Source: Dehalococcoidales bacterium (GTDB taxonomy: Bacteria; Chloroflexota; Dehalococcoidia; Dehalococcoidales; BS750m-G39). Taken from it: 46,396 nt of DNA. Shown here one piece after another: positions 31,891-41,495 of the stretch. The notes beneath the pieces are model-generated. The model made no database searches. It was not told the origin of the DNA and worked only from the letters and a program-made list of their open reading frames with translations. Both the position numbers and the translations under genes were made by a program. The number at the start of each line of letters is the position of its first letter. Position 1 is the first letter of the stretch. The DNA lies in the NCBI GenBank assembly GCA_016783245.1, contig JADHWY010000003.1:1-46396 (forward strand), given 5' to 3'.

Positions 31891-31942
31891 TGGTAGAAAT
31901 ATACTTTGGTATAAATATACCATAATATCCTAAAAATGTCAA
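31891..31942 (-). promoter_or_regulatory. Promoter of the RHH-MTase unit with two tandem 16-bp operators
   Basis: TTGACA-N17-TATATT (extended TG); TGGTATAAATATACCA (31907-31922, palindromic) and TGGTAGAAATATACTT (31891-31906). Confidence 0.75.
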
Positions 31943-32021
31943 TAGGTTTATTGCCAAAAATAAGATACGTGATAAATAATCCTCTAATTTATGCTAAAAT
32001 AGGCAAAACGGAGCTTCACAA

Positions 32022-34592
32022 ATGATTCCCATTAAATTAGCATTGCACAACTTTATGTGCTATCGGGATAATGTGCCGCCACTTCATTTTGATGGTATCC
32101 ATACCGCCTGTATTAGTGGCGATAATGGCAATGGCAAATCAGCTCTAATTGATGCTATGACCTGGGCGCTGTGGGGCAAAACCAGGGCTAAGAGCGATGA
32201 TGACCTCATTCATTCAGGGCAGACTGAAATGGAGGTGGAGTTTGACTTCGCCGTAGGGCAACAACCATATCGCATTATACGCAAGCACTCTAAGCCCAAG
32301 CAGCGACGGCGCTCAGGACAAACCCTCTTGGAGTTTCAGGTAGCCGCCGACGACAGTTTCAGGTCAATTACAGGCGACAGTATTACCCAGACACAGCAGA
32401 AAATTATCGACACCCTGCACATGGACTACCCCACATTTATTAATAGCGCCCTTTTGCTGCAAGGTCATGCCGATGAGTTCGCTATCAAGCGACCAGTCGA
32501 GCGCAAGCAGGTGCTAGCTGATATTCTGGGGCTTTCCTTCTACGATGAACTTGAAGAACAGGCTAAAGACCTGGCTAAACAGCAGGAAACAGAAAAATCG
32601 CAACTTGAAAGCGCTATCAAAGATATCAGCGATGAATTAGCCCAAAAGCCAATCTATGAGGCTGAGCTGGAACAGGCGCAGACTGGACTCTCCCAAATAG
32701 AAAAAATAATAACAGAGCAAGAGTCCAGGCTCAACAGGCTGCGACAGGAAAAGGAATCCCTGGAAAATAAGAAGACACAACTAACTCAGTTAGAGGAGCA
32801 TGTAGCAGCCACCAAAAGAGAGTTAGACCGCCGAGACGAAGAAATTAAACAACACCACGCCCGGCTCAAAGAGTACGAAGGGGTAATAGCCCGGCGTTTC
32901 ACTATAGAAGAGGGCTATGCCCAATTAATTAAAGCCCGAAGACAAAATGATGAGCTAAACCAAAAGCTAGGGTTACTGGTTAAATTAAGGGATAGTAAGA
33001 GCCAGTTAGAGATGAGTATAGAGCGGGCACAGGCAGCTCTAATTACGGAGCATAAATTAGCTCAAAGCAGAATCACAGAGTTGGAAGCTATCTCACAGAG
33101 ACTGCCCCTACTTAAAAATGAGCTACAGCAGGTAGAAGTTCAATTGCACCAGTTGGCTGAACAGGAAGAGATGCTAAGCAGAAAAAAGCAGACCAGCCAA
33201 GAGCTAAGAATGCAGGTTCACTATCTAGAATCTAGCAAAACCAGACTAGAACAGGAAATAAAGGAGCTACAAGAAAAGCTCAGCCTCCTGTCAACCCAGA
33301 GCGATGCTACATGCCCCTTATGTGAAACTGAGGTGGGTAGAGATGGTTTAAAACGAATTGAAGTGAAATACACAACTGATAGGGACAGCAAAGCTGACTC
33401 CCTAAAGTCAAATCAAGCCGAGCTAGCCAGTAAGAAAATAGAGCTTGAGTCGCTGGAAAGCGAAATATCACAGCTAGAAGCAAAGCTAAATAAAGATAAA
33501 GCCTCGGCACAGAGTAAAGTCAGCATCCTCAGCAAAGACATTGGTGAAGCCGAAGCGGCAGATAACCAGCTAAACGAGGAAGGAAAACAACTGACTGAGA
33601 TTGAACAGCGCCTAGCCATGAAGGATTTTGCCACTATGGAGCAACAAGCGTTAGCACAACTTGAGGAGGAATTAGCCAAGCTTGATTACGATTCACAGCA
33701 GCATGAGCAAGCCCGCTATCGCCTGACCGAATTAGAACAATATGAAAGCCCCAAGCGAAAACTTGAAGAAGCCGATAGGCTCATCAACCAAGAGAAAGAG
33801 GCTGCTCATAAAGCTGCGGAAGCTAGCCAAGAGCTACGACAGAGGCTGGAGATTGACAATCAAAAAAGGCAAGACCTAAGTGAAGAACTCGGCGCATTCC
33901 CCCGGCTAATCGGTGATTTAACCCAGGCTGAAACCGATTACCAGGCGCTAGCCGCCCAAGAAAAGCAAGCCCAGGAGCTAATGTGGAGCGTGAAGTCAAA
34001 GCTAGAGCGCTGCTCTGAGATGGAGATAAGAAAGAGGGAAAAGGAAAGTCTAATGGGTCAAGCATCACGGGAGGAGAAAATCTATAAAGACCTCGCTCAA
34101 GCCTTCGGCAAAAAAGGGATACAAGCCTTGCTCATTGAGATGGCACTTCCTGAAATTGAAGCAGAAGCCAATAGACTGCTGGGACGGATGACAGATAATA
34201 GAATGCATGTGAAAATTGAAACCCAGCGGGAAACCAAAAAGGGAGATGTTATTGAAACCCTGGATATTAACATTGCTGACGAGCTAGGAACACGAAATTA
34301 TGAAATGTTCAGTGGTGGTGAAGCCTTTCGCATTAACTTCGCCGTTCGTATTGCCCTGTCCAAGCTGTTAGCCAGACGAGCCGGGGCACCACTACCCACT
34401 CTAGTCATTGATGAAGGCTTTGGCACCCAAGATAGCACCGGCATTGAAAAACTTAAAGAGGCAATAAACTCTATTCAAGACGATTTTGACAAGATACTGG
34501 TTATCACTCATATTGAGGAACTTAGAGACGCCTTCCCCACCCGGATTGATGTAATCAAAACCGCTGAAGGCTCAACGCTGGAAGTTAGCTAA
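32022..34592 (+). CDS. sbcC: SMC-family ATPase SbcC/Rad50
   Basis: Walker A GDNGNGKS, long coiled coil with CPLC zinc hook, FSGGE signature, Walker B LVIDE. Confidence 0.92.
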   Translation: MIPIKLALHNFMCYRDNVPPLHFDGIHTACISGDNGNGKSALIDAMTWALWGKTRAKSDDDLIHSGQTEMEVEFDFAVGQQPYRIIRKHSKPKQRRRSGQTLLEFQVAADDSFRSITGDSITQTQQKIIDTLHMDYPTFINSALLLQGHADEFAIKRPVERKQVLADILGLSFYDELEEQAKDLAKQQETEKSQLESAIKDISDELAQKPIYEAELEQAQTGLSQIEKIITEQESRLNRLRQEKESLENKKTQLTQLEEHVAATKRELDRRDEEIKQHHARLKEYEGVIARRFTIEEGYAQLIKARRQNDELNQKLGLLVKLRDSKSQLEMSIERAQAALITEHKLAQSRITELEAISQRLPLLKNELQQVEVQLHQLAEQEEMLSRKKQTSQELRMQVHYLESSKTRLEQEIKELQEKLSLLSTQSDATCPLCETEVGRDGLKRIEVKYTTDRDSKADSLKSNQAELASKKIELESLESEISQLEAKLNKDKASAQSKVSILSKDIGEAEAADNQLNEEGKQLTEIEQRLAMKDFATMEQQALAQLEEELAKLDYDSQQHEQARYRLTELEQYESPKRKLEEADRLINQEKEAAHKAAEASQELRQRLEIDNQKRQDLSEELGAFPRLIGDLTQAETDYQALAAQEKQAQELMWSVKSKLERCSEMEIRKREKESLMGQASREEKIYKDLAQAFGKKGIQALLIEMALPEIEAEANRLLGRMTDNRMHVKIETQRETKKGDVIETLDINIADELGTRNYEMFSGGEAFRINFAVRIALSKLLARRAGAPLPTLVIDEGFGTQDSTGIEKLKEAINSIQDDFDKILVITHIEELRDAFPTRIDVIKTAEGSTLEVS

Positions 34593-34663
34593 TTTACAAC
34601 CCAAGGTCATCGGCAATCCCTTTCATTGCCTTCAGTCCAACAATTTGAATTCATAATGGGTGC

Positions 34664-35053
34664 CTACTGAGATTTCCGGCTTTGTGCTTGCTTATTGAGC
34701 TTCTTTATCACTATACCGGCGGCTATGCATGCCAGACCCGGCAGTAACATAACGAATACCCCCCAATACTTATATGGTTCATCAAGACCCATACCATAAC
34801 CGTAGAACGATGAAATATAGGCAACTCCAACTACTATGGACCCTATCCAGAAGTATTTTGTTCTGGTGATGAATCCCCCGATAAGTGCCAGTAATGCGCC
34901 GACAGCACCTGCGCACAATGTAACAAAATACCCAGCACCAGACCCCAATGTCCCCGTACTAACCCATGTCCAAGAAGATGAGAAGGATAGTGGTAAACCT
35001 AGTGCTATAACCAGCAGTCCAAACCAGGCGATAATTATTAATGTCACTCTCAT
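34664..35053 (-). CDS. Hypothetical four-TM membrane protein
   Basis: Four hydrophobic segments and a basic C-terminus. Confidence 0.7.
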   Translation of the reverse strand: MRVTLIIIAWFGLLVIALGLPLSFSSSWTWVSTGTLGSGAGYFVTLCAGAVGALLALIGGFITRTKYFWIGSIVVGVAYISSFYGYGMGLDEPYKYWGVFVMLLPGLACIAAGIVIKKLNKQAQSRKSQ

Positions 35054-35172
35054 CTCACATCCGACTCTTTAGTGATATGTCTCAATACTAACATAACCCT
35101 CAAGGGTAGGCCAATAGCAGGCGACCAGTGAATCCCACAAAAAGGCTCAACCATTGAAGTAAGCTAGCTGGC

Positions 35173-35724
35173 TTAGAGACCTAATTCACCGGCAATCTCC
35201 TTCATCGCCTCCAGCCCCAGCTCAATAAATTCGTCAAGCTCAAGCCCGATTTTAGCGCATTGAGAGATTTGCTCTCTATTCACCCCAGCAGCAAAGCTCT
35301 TCTCCTTAAACCTCTTCCTCACCGACCTAGCTTCAACTCCAGCCAGCTTTTTATCCGGGCGAACCAGAGCAGCAGCAATTATTAAGCCCGTTAGCGGGTC
35401 AACACAAAACAGAGCTTTATCAAGCTTTGTCTCCAAGGGAATGCCATGGGCTGGGTTATGACATAGTATAGCATGAGCCACGGGCTCACTTGCTCCCAGC
35501 TCCCTTGACAGGTCAGCCCCCAGCCTACTATGGGTGTTCATATCTCCTTCAGTGAGCTCCATGTCTATATCATGCAGCAGCCCAGTAAGCCCCCACTCCT
35601 CCTCACCCTCATCAAGACGCCTGGCTAGAGCCCGCATAATAGCCTCAGTAGCCAACATGTGTTTGATTAGATTTTCATTCTCAATATTAGCTTTAATAGA
35701 GTCAAGTGCTTCTTCTCGGGTCAC
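35173..35724 (-). CDS. HDIG domain metal-dependent phosphohydrolase
   Basis: LIKHMLATE, GLLHDID, FAAGVNRE; GTG 35724 preferred. Confidence 0.88.
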   Translation of the reverse strand: MTREEALDSIKANIENENLIKHMLATEAIMRALARRLDEGEEEWGLTGLLHDIDMELTEGDMNTHSRLGADLSRELGASEPVAHAILCHNPAHGIPLETKLDKALFCVDPLTGLIIAAALVRPDKKLAGVEARSVRKRFKEKSFAAGVNREQISQCAKIGLELDEFIELGLEAMKEIAGELGL

Positions 35725-36955
35725 TTTCACCCCCTTTCCCAACATGCGGTTTTAACAGTGATGCCAGTATAATACCTAAAATACCACCTGCAACGCAAAC
35801 CAAGAAGGCTAACTGGTAGCTACCAGTTACATCAAATATGTGACCAGCCAAGATGGGACCAGTAGCACCCCCGATTGCACCGATAAACATAAGACTCCCC
35901 AGGATTACACCGTGGGAACTCAGCCCAAATAGCTCAGCTACTATCGGCGACATCAGTACCGGTATACCACCACCGGCAAAGCCAAGGATAGCGGCAAATA
36001 AGTAAAGCCTCCATACCTCTGTGCCTAATTGCAGCCAGAATAAAGCAACTGACATCAGAATAAAGCAGCTAATAAGAGTTAACCTATTGCCAATTCTATC
36101 ACCAGCACTACCCATTATAATCATGCCGGCCATAGTTAGCCCCCCCATAACAGCTAGAATATTGGCGGCAGTGGTTGCTGGGATTCCTAGCTCGATGGCA
36201 TGTGGGACAATATGCACCATGATAGTTTCGGCACCAAATAGAAAGCAGCACAATATGGCACCAAGCACCCAAAATTGCCTGGTATGAACTGCCTGCTGAA
36301 AGGAAAACCCTTCGGTTTCCGAACTTAAGCTATTTTCCTTCACTCCATTCTCACCGTATGGCAACTGCCCCATTTGACTTGGGTCACGCCTTAGAAATTG
36401 CGCAGCCAAAATAACTAATATCAAGGTTATGATACCTACAATAATATAGGAGGTGCGCCAGCCATAGTCAGAGATGAGACGACTAGCTACCGGGGATACA
36501 ATCATTGTGCCTAAACCCATACCTGAAGCAACGATGCCTGTCATCATCCCCCGCCTCTTGACAAACCACCTGGCTACCGTAGATACCAAGGGAGTAAAAC
36601 TACCACCCATGCCAATAGCTATTATCACCCCATAGAACAGGTACAGTTGCCAGATAGCACTAATCTGTGACATCAATAAATAGCCTAATCCCAAAAAGAA
36701 GCCGCAGGCTACCATAACTATCCTGGGACCAAACCTGTCGGTTAGTTTCCCCATAGTAATAGTAAGAAAACCATTTAAAACAATACATAACGAGAAGGCA
36801 CCTGAGGTCATCGCCCTCGTCCAGCCAAACTCAGTTAGCACTGGTTTAAAAAATATCCCAAAGGTCCTAAATGTCCCCCAGATTACTATCATAATACAGA
36901 TAGCAGCTAAAACTACGATGTAGCCATAAAAGAACCCTGGCTTTTTCGTTTTCAA
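35702..36955 (-). CDS. MFS transporter (OFA/MCT-like)
   Basis: About 12 TM; motif A GKLTDRFGPR; WFVKRRG. Confidence 0.93.
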   Translation of the reverse strand: MKTKKPGFFYGYIVVLAAICIMIVIWGTFRTFGIFFKPVLTEFGWTRAMTSGAFSLCIVLNGFLTITMGKLTDRFGPRIVMVACGFFLGLGYLLMSQISAIWQLYLFYGVIIAIGMGGSFTPLVSTVARWFVKRRGMMTGIVASGMGLGTMIVSPVASRLISDYGWRTSYIIVGIITLILVILAAQFLRRDPSQMGQLPYGENGVKENSLSSETEGFSFQQAVHTRQFWVLGAILCCFLFGAETIMVHIVPHAIELGIPATTAANILAVMGGLTMAGMIIMGSAGDRIGNRLTLISCFILMSVALFWLQLGTEVWRLYLFAAILGFAGGGIPVLMSPIVAELFGLSSHGVILGSLMFIGAIGGATGPILAGHIFDVTGSYQLAFLVCVAGGILGIILASLLKPHVGKGGESDPRRST

Positions 36956-36978
36956 ATCCGAATCCCTTCTCCTAGCCC

Positions 36979-38235
36979 TTAATTTTCCCCTCGCCTACCG
37001 ATTGGTCTTAAAAGAGAGGCCAGCATAATACCTATAACACTGGTTGCAGCAAGGATAATGAAACCAAGCTGATAGCTGCTAGTTACATCAAATATGTAAC
37101 CAGCCATAACCGGACCGATAGTGCCTCCAACTGTACCGATGAAGGTAACAGTGCCAAAGATTACGCCATGTGAACTCAGCCCGAATAGCTCAGCCACTAT
37201 TGGTGAAATCAGTGTAAATAAACTCCCATGGGCGAAGCCATATAGAGCGGCAAAAGTATATAACATCCATGCCTCTTTGGCTACAAGTAGCCAAAATAAA
37301 GCTACACCTAGCATGGCAAGGGTAACAATCAGTGTCAGCTTATTCCCAACTCTATCGCTAGCACTACCCATGATAAATCTACCGGCAATACTGGCTCCCC
37401 CAATAGTAGCCAGAATATTGGCAGCAGTTGCCTCCGCAATTCCAAGGTCGACTACATGCGGGTAAATATGAGTTATAAGCGTGTGTGCGCATAAAACAAA
37501 AAGGAAGTATATTGCACTAAGTATCCAGAATTGCCTTGTATGAATTGCTTTCTTAAGAGAAAATCTGGTGGCTTCTAAATTCAGGTTTTTTCCCTCTGCC
37601 TTGTCCCCATCAGGTAACAGCCCCTTTTGACCCGGGTCACGCCTTAGAAATTGGGCAGCTAATACGCTGAATACCAAAACAACAAAACCGATAACAATAT
37701 AGGAGGTGCGCCAGTCATAGTTAGAGACAAGCCAGTTTGCCACCAAAGGCATAATCAACATGCCCATACCTGCACCAGCTTTGATAATACCGGTCATCAT
37801 TCCCCTCTTCTTAACAAACCATCTGGCTAGCGTGGACAACAGTGAGATATCAGAACCACTCATGCCTAAAGCAATTACCACCCCATAGAACAAATAAAAA
37901 TGCCAAATATCCTCGACCTGAGACATCAGCAGATAACCTAAACCTAAAAAGAGGCCACAGACTGTCATAACCAGCCGTGGCCCAAACCTATCGTTTAGTC
38001 TCCCCACAATAATACCAACCAGACCTATTAGAAGGAAACACAGGGAGCGGGGGCCTGAGGTCATTGCCCTTGTCCATCCAAACTCTGAAGACATTGGTTT
38101 GAAAAAGACGCCAAAGGTGTTGTATGTTCCCCACACTAATAGCTGGATAAGGAATGCGGCCACACCTACAATGTAGCCGTAGAAAAACCGAGGCTTCTCG
38201 CCTGCACCTAAATTCAGAACTTTCTGATTAGACAC
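36979..38235 (-). CDS. MFS transporter (OFA/MCT-like), tandem paralog
   Basis: Motif A GRLNDRFGPR; shares blocks such as EFGWTRAMTSG, AAQFLRRDP and AELFGLSSHGVI with its neighbour. Confidence 0.93.
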   Translation of the reverse strand: MSNQKVLNLGAGEKPRFFYGYIVGVAAFLIQLLVWGTYNTFGVFFKPMSSEFGWTRAMTSGPRSLCFLLIGLVGIIVGRLNDRFGPRLVMTVCGLFLGLGYLLMSQVEDIWHFYLFYGVVIALGMSGSDISLLSTLARWFVKKRGMMTGIIKAGAGMGMLIMPLVANWLVSNYDWRTSYIVIGFVVLVFSVLAAQFLRRDPGQKGLLPDGDKAEGKNLNLEATRFSLKKAIHTRQFWILSAIYFLFVLCAHTLITHIYPHVVDLGIAEATAANILATIGGASIAGRFIMGSASDRVGNKLTLIVTLAMLGVALFWLLVAKEAWMLYTFAALYGFAHGSLFTLISPIVAELFGLSSHGVIFGTVTFIGTVGGTIGPVMAGYIFDVTSSYQLGFIILAATSVIGIMLASLLRPIGRRGEN

Positions 38236-38344
38236 GATAAGCTACCTTTCATGATGTATCCAGCACAAAAAGATAAGAGAAACTGCTTGAATCTCCATTA
38301 AATACTGGCTGCAAAGATAGAAATGGTATTAACCTAGGTAATAG

Positions 38345-41200
38345 TCAACTGGTCAAAGCATACTCAATATCCTTGCCCAGTACCCGACCCAAATACTGAC
38401 CAGTGGCTGAAGATTTCTCATGAGCTATTTCCTCAGGTGTGCCTGTGGCTACAATATAGCCACCCTGCTCACCGGCTCCTGGCCCAAGGTCAATTATCCA
38501 GTCGGCATTCTTAATCACATCCAGGTGATGCTCAATGACAACCACCGTATTACCAGCATCAACTAGACGCTGCAGCACCTGTAGTAGAGCTGCCACATCC
38601 TCAAAGGAGAGACCAGTAGTTGGTTCATCAAGGATATAAAGAGTCCTGCCAGTAGAACGCCGCGATAGCTCGGTGGCAAGCTTCACCCTCTGCGCCTCGC
38701 CACCAGAGAGGGTGGGCGCTGGCTGACCGAGACGAATATAGCCCAGCCCTACATCACATAGTGTCTGCAGCTTACTCTTTATCCTGGGGAAGTGCTCAAA
38801 GAAGGACAAGGCTTGCTCCACAGTCATGTCTAATACCTCAGCAATGTTCTTATCCTTAAATCTAATCTCTAGAGCCTCACGGTTATAGCGCTTACCCTTG
38901 CACACCTCACAGGGAACGGTCACATCAGGCAAGAACTGCATCTCTATCTGAATAAACCCTTCCCCACGACAGGCTTCACAGCGTCCACCCTTAACATTAA
39001 ACGAAAATCGCCCCGGAGCGTAGCCCCTCATCCGAGCCTCAGGAACAGTGGCAAAAAGCTCACGGATAGGGGTAAAAATTCCGGTGTAGGTGGCTGGATT
39101 ACTACGAGGGGTGCGCCCAATAGGAGACTGGTCAATATTGACTACCTTATCAATAAGCTCAACACCAATGATACCACCACAGTCGCCCGCCCTCTCCCTT
39201 GACCGATAGAAGAGCTGTGACAGCTTCTTATACAAAATCTGGTCAATAAGGGTGCTCTTACCACTGCCTGAAACTCCGGTAATACAAACAAACTTGCCCA
39301 GCGGGATATGGGCATCTATATTCTTGAGGTTATTCTGTCTAGCCCCCTTTATTACTATCTCCTCGCCTGAGCCGGGGCGGCGCTTATGGGGCAGAGGAAT
39401 CTGCTTGGCACCACTGAGATACTGACCGGTTATTGATTCCTTGCAACTCATAATATCAGTTAGATTTCCTGTGGTTACAATCCAGCCCCCATGCTCCCCA
39501 GCCCCAGGTCCCATATCAATAATGTGGTCAGCCGCTCTCATCATGGCTTCATCATGCTCAACAACCAATATGGTATTACCCAGGTCTCTCAACCGCTTCA
39601 AGGTCTCAATCAAACGAAAGTCGTCGGCTGGGTGCAGACCTATTGTCGGTTCATCACAGATATAAAGCACACCCATAAGCCCACTGCCAATCTGGGTTGC
39701 CAGGCGAATTCGCTGTGCCTCACCAGCAGAAAGGGTAGCTGAGGTACGCTCAAGGGTAAGATAGTCCAGACCTACATCCTTGAGGAAACCCAGGCGGGCT
39801 TGAATCTCCTTAATAATTTGGTGGGCTATCATCTGCTCCCGCTCACTAAGCACAGCCTTCTTACCATCACCAATAGCAGCGACCCACTCCAGTGCCTGAG
39901 TAACTGACATTGAGCTAACCTCAACAATGTTTCTGCCACCAATGGTCACAGCTAATGACTCTGGCTTAAGCCTCTTACCCTGGCAAACAGGGCATGGTTG
40001 GGAGACCATATAACGCTCTATATAAGCGCGGGAGTACTCCGACTCAGTGTCCCGGTATAGTCGCTCCAACCGAGGAATTACCCCTTCGTAACCGGCAAAA
40101 TACTGCCTCACCCGCCCGAAGCGATTACGGTAACTTACTAGCTCCCCCCTTTCCCCATAGAGTATCAGCTTCAGTTGCAATTCGCTTAAGTCCTTAACCG
40201 GCGTATTAAAGGAAAAGTCATAGTGCCTGGTCAAATTATCAAGTTGGTCAAAATACCAGAGCTGTTTTTGGTAGGGATGGATTGCTCCTTGAGCTATAGA
40301 AAGTTCCTTATTGGGGATAACCAGCTCAGCGTCTATCTCCAGCTTGACCCCTAAGCCGGTACAGGCGGGGCAGGCACCGTGAGGACTATTAAAGCTAAAT
40401 GTTCTGGGGGCGATCTCACCCAGGCTGATACCACAGTGCACACAGGCAAAATGCTCCGAGAACAACAATTCCTCACCGTCAACAATAGATACCAGCACCA
40501 CCCCAGCCCCGAGCTTGAGGGCAGTTTCCACCGAGTCAGCAATGCGACTCTGGCTTCCAGATTGCCCGATTACCAATCTATCCACCACTACCTCAATAGA
40601 GTGCTTCTTGTTCTTATCCAGTTGGAACTCCTCAGCCAGGTCATAGATATGTCCATCAACCCGAACCCTGGCATAGCCTGCCTTGCGCAAATCATCAAAC
40701 ACCACCTGATACTCACCCTTACGGTCTCTAATCAGTGGTGCCAGAACCATAATACGGCTATTTTCAGGGATATTTTGAATAGCATCCACAATCTGCTGCA
40801 CCGTCTGCACAGTGATTTCTCGCCCGCACTTAGGGCAATGTGGGTGTCCAACGCGAGCAAAAAGCAGCCTCAGGTAATCATAGGTCTCGGTTACAGTGCC
40901 CACTGTAGACCGTGGATTCTTGCTGGGACCCTTCTGGTCAATAGAGATGGCTGGGCTCAGCCCTTCAATATAATCAACCTCGGGCTTCTCCATCCTGCCT
41001 AAAAACTGGCGAGCATAGGCAGACAGAGATTCCACATAACGGCGTTGCCCCTCAGCATAGATAGTATCAAATGCCAATGAACTCTTACCCGAGCCGGAGA
41101 CACCAGTGATAACTACCAGCTTATCACGAGGGATAACCACATCTATATTCTTGAGGTTATGCTCCCTAGCCCCTTTGACAACTATAGCCTGTAATGGCAT
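38345..41200 (-). CDS. uvrA: Excinuclease ABC subunit A
   Basis: GAREHNLKN, two GVSGSGKS Walker A motifs, zinc fingers, LSGGEAQR. Confidence 0.98.
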   Translation of the reverse strand: MPLQAIVVKGAREHNLKNIDVVIPRDKLVVITGVSGSGKSSLAFDTIYAEGQRRYVESLSAYARQFLGRMEKPEVDYIEGLSPAISIDQKGPSKNPRSTVGTVTETYDYLRLLFARVGHPHCPKCGREITVQTVQQIVDAIQNIPENSRIMVLAPLIRDRKGEYQVVFDDLRKAGYARVRVDGHIYDLAEEFQLDKNKKHSIEVVVDRLVIGQSGSQSRIADSVETALKLGAGVVLVSIVDGEELLFSEHFACVHCGISLGEIAPRTFSFNSPHGACPACTGLGVKLEIDAELVIPNKELSIAQGAIHPYQKQLWYFDQLDNLTRHYDFSFNTPVKDLSELQLKLILYGERGELVSYRNRFGRVRQYFAGYEGVIPRLERLYRDTESEYSRAYIERYMVSQPCPVCQGKRLKPESLAVTIGGRNIVEVSSMSVTQALEWVAAIGDGKKAVLSEREQMIAHQIIKEIQARLGFLKDVGLDYLTLERTSATLSAGEAQRIRLATQIGSGLMGVLYICDEPTIGLHPADDFRLIETLKRLRDLGNTILVVEHDEAMMRAADHIIDMGPGAGEHGGWIVTTGNLTDIMSCKESITGQYLSGAKQIPLPHKRRPGSGEEIVIKGARQNNLKNIDAHIPLGKFVCITGVSGSGKSTLIDQILYKKLSQLFYRSRERAGDCGGIIGVELIDKVVNIDQSPIGRTPRSNPATYTGIFTPIRELFATVPEARMRGYAPGRFSFNVKGGRCEACRGEGFIQIEMQFLPDVTVPCEVCKGKRYNREALEIRFKDKNIAEVLDMTVEQALSFFEHFPRIKSKLQTLCDVGLGYIRLGQPAPTLSGGEAQRVKLATELSRRSTGRTLYILDEPTTGLSFEDVAALLQVLQRLVDAGNTVVVIEHHLDVIKNADWIIDLGPGAGEQGGYIVATGTPEEIAHEKSSATGQYLGRVLGKDIEYALTS

Positions 41201-41230
41201 GCACTTATACCCTTTCTATAATCAAATTTT

Positions 41231-41259
41231 ATTGTAGCACTAGACCTAAAGCACAACAA
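41231..41259 (-). promoter_or_regulatory. Sigma70 promoter for uvrA
   Basis: TTGTTG-N17-TACAAT with extended TG. Confidence 0.55.
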
Positions 41260-41336
41260 GGGCACAAAAGCTAGCATTAGTAAAATCTTTTGTGCTAAAA
41301 TAAAAAGCTTTAAGTTAGAAGGGGGTAAATTGAAAA

Positions 41337-41417
41337 GTGACTGTATCAGAGATGCTAACCAGAAATAGACGAATGTATCCCGATGATACAGCGCTTATTG
41401 AACTAAAACCCATTTGA
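41337..41417 (+). pseudogene. Possible 5' remnant of an AMP-binding acyl-CoA synthetase gene (26 codons)
   Basis: VTVSEMLTRNRRMYPDDTALIELKPI-stop resembles ANL-family N-termini (L.RNA..YP...AL); preceded by TGC-TAAAAT and AGGGGGT. Confidence 0.5.
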
Positions 41418-41495
41418 CAAGGTGCCACGAAATCCCACTGGTAAGATTGAAAAACCAAAACTAAGACAAAAATACGCTCATCTAGGAGGAGTAAG

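Noticed and set aside
29190-31957. Apparent lack of CYCGRG sites inside the R-M cassette
   Set aside because: Only about 3 would be expected in 2.8 kb and my scan was by eye, so it is not significant
31877-31957. N-terminal 27 aa of the 92-aa RHH ORF call
   Set aside because: This stretch contains the promoter and operators; the RHH fold starts after ATG 31876
32022-34592. SMC-based defence system (Wadjet/Lamassu) linked to the R-M cassette
   Set aside because: Zinc-hook SbcC type; no jet genes or effector partners adjacent
40379-41002. 207-aa plus-strand ORF
   Set aside because: Antisense shadow of uvrA
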